Positions 50,990-64,000 of a stretch of 64,000 bases of DNA are shown piece after piece. Each line of letters begins with the position of its first letter. The stretch's first letter is position 1. A program made the translations under genes and the position numbers. Where the stretch lies: NCBI GenBank assembly GCA_951406725.2, contig OX597818.1:5766001-5830000 (forward strand), given 5' to 3'. Origin of the DNA: Octopus vulgaris (taxonomy: Eukaryota). The notes beneath the pieces were generated by a model. That model worked only from the letters and a program-made list of their open reading frames with translations, was not told the DNA's origin and did no database searches.

Positions 50990-52700
50990 TTGAAAACCTA
51001 GAGGGGAGTGAAGGTTTAATCACATCCAAAGCAGAAATCACTGTTGATGATAGCCCGTAAATATTGAATTAAAATCCACTGGGTTAGATATAGTCAAGTG
51101 CTCCCTGGAATGTTGGAATGTTCTTCTTTTACAAATATGACATAAGTTCTACCACTGAACAAAAACAGTTCTTCGAATTTCTCTATTAATTTTAGAAATT
51201 TTCAGCAAGAATTGCATAATATTGATGTATTAGTTGTTCAATAATGTGCCCATGTCTAGTAAGTGCTTGGAAATTACCTATCATAACATCGTAAAAAATC
51301 ATCCGCAGTTATAATGAAAGCGGTTAAAATAAAATTAATTGAAGATCTTGTATACCTATGAACTATAATTTGCAGTAGACGATGGTGCGTTTCAATTTTG
51401 AGAAATATTCTACAACTTATATCTGGAGTTTTGAATGAGAACTTACTCAACACTTCCTGGTAGCTACTCAAATTAATTTAGGGGAAGGTGATACTTTGAG
51501 TATCAGACAACTTGCTTATTTCCTGTGATCTTCTGTCCTTTAACTTGTTTTAGATGACACGTTGCAGGACCTCATATAGATTTGTATTGATATACATGTT
51601 ACCACCACTAAGTAAACCAGCATATCTGTAGTTTTTTCCTATGTTTCTCTCTAAGGAGGTGTATGTGCGTTATTTTCAAAGTTTTGCGAAAGATTAATGA
51701 GGAATTTTATGATGAAACACGTGAAGCTGTACTTTCAATGTCTGGAGGAAATCATGTATGTGTTTCGTAAAAATTGTCGAAAGGTTTCTATATGAGTGGT
51801 AATTTTTAAGCCAGATTCTTGCTCTATAAGTTACTGATACTTATATGAATAAAATAGTATATTGCAATATGGGAATGCGAACTATTACGCTTAATTTTTT
51901 TCTTTTCATTTCTTTTCGCATAAAAGATACGAAACAGAGCATCAAGAAACTTCAAATTTTACATTATAGCATAACATTCAGGTGGTTACTGACTAGAAGA
52001 GAGATGCGCTGTATAAATAAGCTTGTAGTATGCAGATTATTGACGTTGACTAATGTAAATGATTAACATTCTATCTCGGCTTGGATGCAAAACAACTGAA
52101 CAGAAGTCCAGGCTCCTTAAAGCAATAGCTATCCAGAATGTGAATACGAACACTGAGATACTGTTTATAAAATATTTCATATCTCAGTCGCTGAATTCTT
52201 GGCAAGTTCCGTGAGTTTATTGCCAGACATTTGCTGTTCAACAACTAGTTTTGCATAAATGCGTAGTTGATGAAGAAAGGGACATTTGTCACATTTTTAT
52301 ATCACCTAATTTTCGTTCCCGCAGTAAATGTGCGAACATTATTCTTAAATGTATAACTTGATCTGTTTTCATTCGTGCCCATTTACAATTATACCATTTT
52401 ACACATTGCTAATGCGGTCCCGAGGGACACTACACAACCCTAGGTGTAGTTTTTATAAGTGCTTCAATAAAATACACATACTTGATGCTTTTAACGATTA
52501 TTCTATAATACAGTCCCACTTTTGTAATTTAAATTATATATATCAAAATTTTGAAACAAGTTTGGTGTAGAAAATATAAACGCAGAATATATTTTACCAA
52601 ATCTGTCAATGTAGAAAGGGCAGCTTTTTCCACTCAAGTCGGTATAATCCCAAATAATTTATGTTGTTATATATATATATCTGTAACCATTTCGGGATAC
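50990..52700 (-). mobile_element. Highly decayed PLE RT-region remnant
   Basis: Minus-strand remnants resembling ADKG..VVV, QLSD..Y and DV.SL.SNIP in the correct order, with many stops. Confidence 0.35.
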
Positions 52701-53062
52701 ACATTAAAGGTGGTTCAGTTAAATATTTTTCGAAACTTCAGCGATTCGTAATGTAAACAGAATTACTCTGTCATGTAGGATCAAAACGTTAAATTATATG
52801 GAACGGAGACCTAGTGCTTACTTGGGGTCAATTGTTAGCACATTTGTCATGGTATTGGTCCTTTTGAGTTTTACATACACACACACTCACACACATCTAT
52901 GCATATATACTTAAAGAAAGCCGGTCCCTCACAAGTATGACCAGATACCGTAGCGTAGTCTCTCAGCTTGTTTCATGTACCTATGTAGTTGCTAAGAGCC
53001 AATATCCTAACCCTTGCTCTACCTAGGTTTGAGCCAGCAGAACTTCGAAACAATAGCAGCCG

Positions 53063-54534
<1,472 letters not shown>

Positions 54535-54544
54535 TGTGTATATT

Positions 54545-55120
54545 TTATTACCGCCTCGCATGTATGGCATACCCTGAGTTGCACCCCGACTGACTGATTA
54601 AATGTAGCTCCTACAGCCGCTTCGTATCTTCTGATGGAGTTTTCTACGTATGGTAGCTGCGTCTCATCCGATACGATGATGGTGATGTCCTCAAGAAACG
54701 CTGATGCAGTTCATCCACAGATCAGATCACGCGGAATGCCCCTAAAGCTTCCAACCTTCGTACCAGTGACTCAAGAGCCAACATATACAAAAGCGGAAAC
54801 AAGGAACTCTCACTGAAAATCGAATAGTTTCCAAAAGAAACCGTTCACACGGACGATACACTCGATGTTGCTGAACAAAGCAGCGATCCAGCTTCGGAAA
54901 GTCGGGCCCAGCCCGACCGCCCCGAGGACCACCTCCAGGTACCGATGGTCAACTCTATCGAATGCTTTATACTGGTCTAAATATACCAGTGCTCCACGTT
55001 TGATAGAAATTTTACCCATTCGCTCTACATTGTAGCGAATGGGGTGGAGATTGTCGTGTATCGTCCTGCCGGGGATGACGCACGTTTCGCCTCTCCAACA
55101 ACACTGTCTACGACTAGGAA
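54545..55120 (-). mobile_element. L1/Tx1-like LINE RT fragment (inverted copy)
   Basis: GALVYLDQYKAFDRVDHRYLEVVLGAVGLGPTFRSWIAALFSNI. Homologous to 55540-56000 on the opposite strand. Confidence 0.85.
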
Positions 55121-55129
55121 TAATAATGA

Positions 55130-56276
55130 AAGGAATAATAGAGCAGTTTTAAAAATAATATACAAAACGTATAACATGAGGAGAATATGTTTTTTATAAA
55201 AGGGGAGCATACTGCCTGGAAGTCCGCGTCTCTCAGCACGCAAGGCTGAGTACGGTGAAGGACCGATCACAGCAGAGGAAATCATGAAGTACGAGTGCTG
55301 CAGAGACAGGTAGCCGGGACATGATGGTCTGCCTACCTTACAAGTTTTTCAAAGTATGCCAGACTTGTTCGGGCACCTACTGGCCAGCGTCTATGCCAAT
55401 GGGCAGCAGATTGAAGGAATTCCCAAGGCTGCGTGCCGGAGGGTGGTGACGTTGATCAGAAAGGACTCTAGCAAGGGAATCATTATTGTAACTTTAGGCC
55501 CATAACTCTGTTAAACACGGGGGTAAAGATTTTGGCCAATGCTAGCAAAGAGGTTAGTGCTGGTCGTGGACAGACTTGTTGGGCATGGGCAAACTTGCGC
55601 CATCCCAGGCAGGACGATTCACAATAATCACCACCTCATACGCTACACCTTAGAGCGGGTGGGTAAAATGTCTGGCAAAGATGGAGCACTGGTATATTTA
55701 GACCAATCTAAAGCGTTCAATAGGGTTGACCATCAGTACCTGTCGGCGGTCCTCGGAGCGCCTGGGTTGGGCCCGACTTTCCGAAGCTGGAGCGCTCCTT
55801 TGTACAGCAACATCGAGTCTAACGTCCGGTTGAACGGTTTCTTTTCGAAACCATTCGACATTGAGCGCTCTGTTCGACAAAAATGTTCCCTGTCTCAGTT
55901 TTTGTATGTGTTGGCTGTTGAGCCATAGGTGCGAAGATTGCAGGCATCCCGCGTGATCTGAGCTGTTGATGAACTGCATCAGCGTTATGTATGAAGATGC
56001 GAAGCAGTGGCAACATGAAAAATTAACCAGGATAAATCAATCGGCTTGCAACTCGGCACTTGAAGTGGCAAGTCGATACCTTCCAATAACATTGTGGGAT
56101 GTTGGACAGAAAGTCCGGTTAGGATGCTAGGAATCTGGTTCGGTCCGGAACTCGAGATAGAGAAGAATTTGAGTGCGTTCACAAGCATGGTTACTGTCCT
56201 GACCCAGATTTAGTCTGGGAGGACGTTATCACTGCTAGGGAGGGCAGGGTACATAGCATCTGTAATCATCTACCGT
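55130..56276 (+). mobile_element. L1/Tx1-like LINE, RT region (disrupted)
   Basis: PGHDGLP, NFRPITLLNTGVKILA, QTCAIPGRTIHNN, LDQSKAFNRVDHQYL, SVRQKCSLSQFLYVLAVEP, VRMLGIWFG. Confidence 0.9.
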
Positions 56277-56277
56277 A

Positions 56278-59665
<3,388 letters not shown>

Positions 59666-59705
59666 TAGATACACACACACACACACACATATATTCATAT
59701 ACATA

Positions 59706-60717
59706 TACCGTGAAGTTTTTCTTACCGCTACTGACTTGCCTTCGGGAGTTGGGTCATTGGGTCATCCGGAGACCTAGCCTGGGTGACAGGCAGCTAGAGT
59801 TGACTAACACTAACGCTACTCTCTCGGGCGGGCAATACCAGTTGCTGGAGTTCCACTGCGGACTTCTATAGCGGGTTAGTAGAGTTTAAGTCAGACGACG
59901 TCTAACGAGAGACTCTCGACTTCGATGGAAATCATTTAACCAACCTATTCGAAAGAACCTTCTGGTCGGGTTATCTGGATAATTACTAGAAATCTCTGAC
60001 CTAGTTGTGTTACCGATCAGCTTTATTTGTTCGAGGGAGGTTATCAATGCACGAGTGTGCCATCCTACCGACCTGTGTGAGGTGCGGGCAGGACAGTGAA
60101 ACTGTCCTGCACGCCTTTTTGCATTGTACAGGGATTAGGTAAGTGACAGCCTATGTCGAGCAGTTGTTATCAACGAGAGAAGGAACGCAGCTATCAGTTG
60201 AATCTCTCATTAAATTGTGTCGCCCTTTTCCTTGAATAGGGAAAGAAAGACCCGTTTCTTTTGTCTAGTGGTCATAATGAAAGAGACAGTATGGAGAACT
60301 TGTGCAAAAGGGATCACGCCAGGTACCTTCATCTCCTGCCAGGGGTTGGCTTGTTATTTTAACTACCATCTCGAAAGTAAAATCCGGCTGGAAAAGAGAT
60401 ACCTGTCGCATGGTATGTTTGATAAATGATGGACGAACATGGTAAGAAAGTTACGAGTAAATGGAAATGTTTAAGTGCAGCTATCGTACGACAAAAAAGG
60501 ATACACCGGATAAGGGTGGTGAGTGAACCAACCCGCGATAGAAAGTAAATTTCTACTTATTTACTCGATTTTGATGGAATTTTTATTCCATTTCATTATT
60601 CGATCTCATTATAATTATCATCGCTCTGTCACAGCACTGTATGTTAATTTCTCCGTCCTTGTGATGCCCCCTCTATGTTGAGCCCTATATGTATAAATAA
60701 AAGAAAATTGCCGTCTG
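59706..60717 (+). mobile_element. 3' part of the L1/Tx1-like LINE
   Basis: Zinc knuckle PTCVRCGQDSETVLHAFLHC (60068-60127), then a 3' UTR with AATAAA near 60696. Confidence 0.8.
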
Positions 60718-60896
60718 AAGAATTTTAATTTAGCTTCATACTTACTACTTATATCTCGGCTACACGTGGTTTTGAGGTTCCTTTCCCGGTTCCTTAACCA
60801 CGCCGTGTTTTCCTGGAACCTTTCTTAAAATGTAACCCCAATCATCAGGCCTCTACCTCACTTCATCATAGTTTGATACTAAAAACTATATTTTAT
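60718..60896 (-). repeat. Near-identical inverted duplicate of 59438-59616 (PLE pseudo-LTR piece)
   Basis: 179-bp reverse complement with one visible mismatch. Confidence 0.9.
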
Positions 60897-61065
60897 ATAT
60901 GCGTTCCAGCTGCATGAAACGTTTAGTAGTGTGGGCTATACATCTGAGGTGGTCATAAAAAAAAGGAATATTTACTCTCATTAGATGGAGTACTCATTTT
61001 GTTGAACCTGGACATATGGACCTATTCATATGTGTGTGTGTGCGTGTATATATACATACATACAG

Positions 61066-61105
<40 letters not shown>

Positions 61106-61437
61106 GGGGCACAGAGAGACAGAGTTTGAAAGAGAGAGTGAGAGAGATTGAGGGAGTCAGAGAGTGACAGAGAAAGAAGTATATCTACAAGTGTGTAGAG
61201 TTGGACCACGAGCAATAAAGTGTATTGCTCATGAAAAATGCGTGCTGCTCTATAAAGAAAGCTGCATGTTTCGCTTTCCAAGCACCACGGACGTTCAGTC
61301 CAGTATATTTGAGCTTATTTTGATTTCTCTTTCATCTCGTCTCAGTTCCAAAGAATATGTATTTATAGATCTATTAATATATCACTCAATCTGCACATCT
61401 ACTGATATATTGATATAGCTATAAGCTTACCTACGTG

Positions 61438-61498
<61 letters not shown>

Positions 61499-62479
61499 TT
61501 ATCTAGATATTTCAATAGTGCCTGCGACTTGAGCACACAAGTGCAACATAATAAAGATTTCCCCGTCTCTCTCTTTCTCACTTTCTCTCTTCGCTCTATT
61601 TGTCTGACGTTCACTCACAATATACATATATATTCCTACATTCGAGTTAGTACCTTCTTTGCTGTTAGCGTAATACACGGACAAAAGAGCCAGGTACAAA
61701 AACAAGCAGAATGATAATATAATGTGTCTGCGTGTGAATGCAATATAGTCTATAAACAATACACTGAGAAAGATAGAAAGGAGAATGATCGCCGCTGCAA
61801 ATTTTAATTTGATTTATTTGAAACTGTCTCGTGTGAAAATGCTAGTAAATATTTTTGACGCGTAAAGAATTGTCAAGCAAATTCGTAGTAAATGTGTCAA
61901 TCATTATATTTTCTAATAAATTTTACTAATAAAAGAAAGGAAGCTATCACGACTTTCTATTTTACCGTCTAGACGATGTGGATTTCGTGATGTTTTCGCA
62001 CACTATATCATATAAATAATAATTTGGACGCTAAAGATATTCTTTTCACGCAGACACCCTCGCAGACGCGCAGTGATATACACACACACACATACGCACA
62101 TACGCATAGAGACAGACGCTGAGACACATGCACACATAAACATCGAAATTTATCGCACTGAAATGTATTCACATAAATTAGGATAATTATATAATAATAA
62201 CTGGCCCTTGCCTTCAAAAGTGACGGCTAATTGTAATATTTTATATATAAATATGGATGGTAAATCAAATTAATTCACTTGTCAATATTCACATACATTC
62301 ATAAACTTCCCTTGTACACAAACACATTCACACATATATTCTCACAGGGTTGAAACGCTGTTTGATTTTTCTTTTCAGCGTTGATTGTTCACCATCCCAC
62401 CAGTTTGCCATCACTCCTTCCTTCCTTATTCAGCTTTCACTCCTTCCCTTCTGAATCATATCTTGTAACGAAGAAAAAC

Positions 62480-64000
62480 ACAAGAGTATTATCATAGTAG
62501 ATGTATATGAAGTTTGCGTGAGATAGTTATTTGGGTATATTCGAATAATGACTGTTAATCAAACACATCGCCAGAAAAACAAACTATTGCTGTTTGACAT
62601 GAAAACAAACTGTGTAGATGCCAGAAAACTGTTTCAGAAAATTAGAACACATCAAATATAAAAAAGAACGTAGAAACGCACATTTATACATACGACTGGT
62701 CCCTTTCAGTTTCGGTCTACTAAATCCGCTCAGATACTTGTCAAAGGTGACATGCAGTAAGATTGAATCAAAAACCATAGTGTTGAGAAACAAATTTCTT
62801 GTCAGGCAGCTATTCCTACGTATACTTGTGTTCTTTTATTTATTTTTGCTTTTGCGAATATTAGACACATTTCGAACCTAGACTCTGAAGAAGGCTGATA
62901 AATGTGACAACAATTATACCTCTACCAACTAAAAAGAGTAAGAAAACTAAACATGTTCGTTGTGTCCACTTAATATGCTAAAAATTACATCCGCAAGTCT
63001 TTGGAAGTATGCACTATTAGCTTTAAACTTGGAAGGATATACTGTAAATTGTTGACTGCTGTACCACATTTGTTAAAAGGTCTGCTTTATCTCGCCTGCA
63101 ATCATCAGAACCAATTTATTATTATTATCATACTGCTGCAGAGACGGTTTTCGTATGTTGCACGTATCCATTAGCAGTTTGAGATAACCATTCAAGTTAC
63201 CGTAAGAGTTTTCCTCTTATATATCAAAATTCCTATCTTCCTACGGTGAGGAGTTCCTTTGTTTTTTAAATGTCATTGTTTTCTCATTTAGTATCTTCTC
63301 AAGAACTGTTAGCTTTTTCTTTTTGTATACACAATTGCTTTATTGATGTAATTTATATCCTACTACCAATAATTGACATTCATGTCCCATCAGTTTATTT
63401 ATTCTGCTTCAGCTTTCGCTGTAGCTTATCAAACGAAAGATCTTACGTTTTTTAAAAGATTTTTCTTGTTTCTGCTTGTTAGTTTCTGATAACTATCCAA
63501 TTGTATATTTTGGTGTTCTATATTTCTACTCTTATTTCTGATATTTATATACTCCAATACATTTTCAATTACATTACCGTCGTTCTTTAATGAAAATATT
63601 CTTTTTATTTCTTTATTACATATTCAATTATATATTGACAAACTTTAAATAAATTCTTACTTTCTCATTATATTATACTCAAAAACAAACATTTATTGCC
63701 AGTAAATATATATCAACCGTTCCTTTTTCCCCAACAAGTTTCTAAAGAGGCATATATCTGCTTGTGATTAACTGACACAAAATTTCTATCATAAATTTTA
63801 AGAACTGCAAGCGATTTTAATATTAATATTTTGGGTTGTTCAAGTGAATTACTGACTTTAAGAAATGTCATCTTAATATAAACAACACTGTTATCGAACA
63901 AATCTTATAGTAGTACAAATATAACAAGAAAGCCTACTGAAGGTGTAACGTGAAAATTATGCATTTTATATGAAACAGAAGTGAGAAGGCAAATTTGCTA
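62480..64000. mobile_element. Decayed PLE-like remnants
   Basis: Minus-strand PKILILK (cf. PKFL.FK) near 63830 and YILPK-like near 63005. Plus-strand CTGAAGA half-core at ~62885. Weak overall. Confidence 0.3.

Overview
AT-rich, microsatellite-dense eukaryotic DNA. The SINE families and repeat mix suggest an octopus/cephalopod genome (inference). No complete host gene is visible, only one or two candidate exons on the minus strand. Most ORFs in the supplied track are microsatellite artefacts. The window is mainly a transposon graveyard: two tRNA-derived SINE families, a near-full-length frameshifted mariner (18429-19701), older mariner/maT/Tc1 remnants, R4/Dong-like, RTE-like and L1/Tx1-like LINE remnants, and many Penelope-like element (PLE) pieces, including Neptune-like and Naiad-like copies that usually abut (TA)n tracts. 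The most notable feature is a young, non-coding array of a 493-bp unit at 30421-32146 (about 2.5 direct copies plus one inverted copy). Each full unit carries a minimal type I hammerhead ribozyme motif with a CCGAAGA core, making it a retrozyme-like candidate that could release a 493-nt (possibly circular) RNA. Several other hammerhead motifs with distinct core variants (canonical, U4C, G3:C8 swap, A6U) sit at PLE-like termini. All alignments and folds were read by eye, so boundaries of degenerate elements are approximate.
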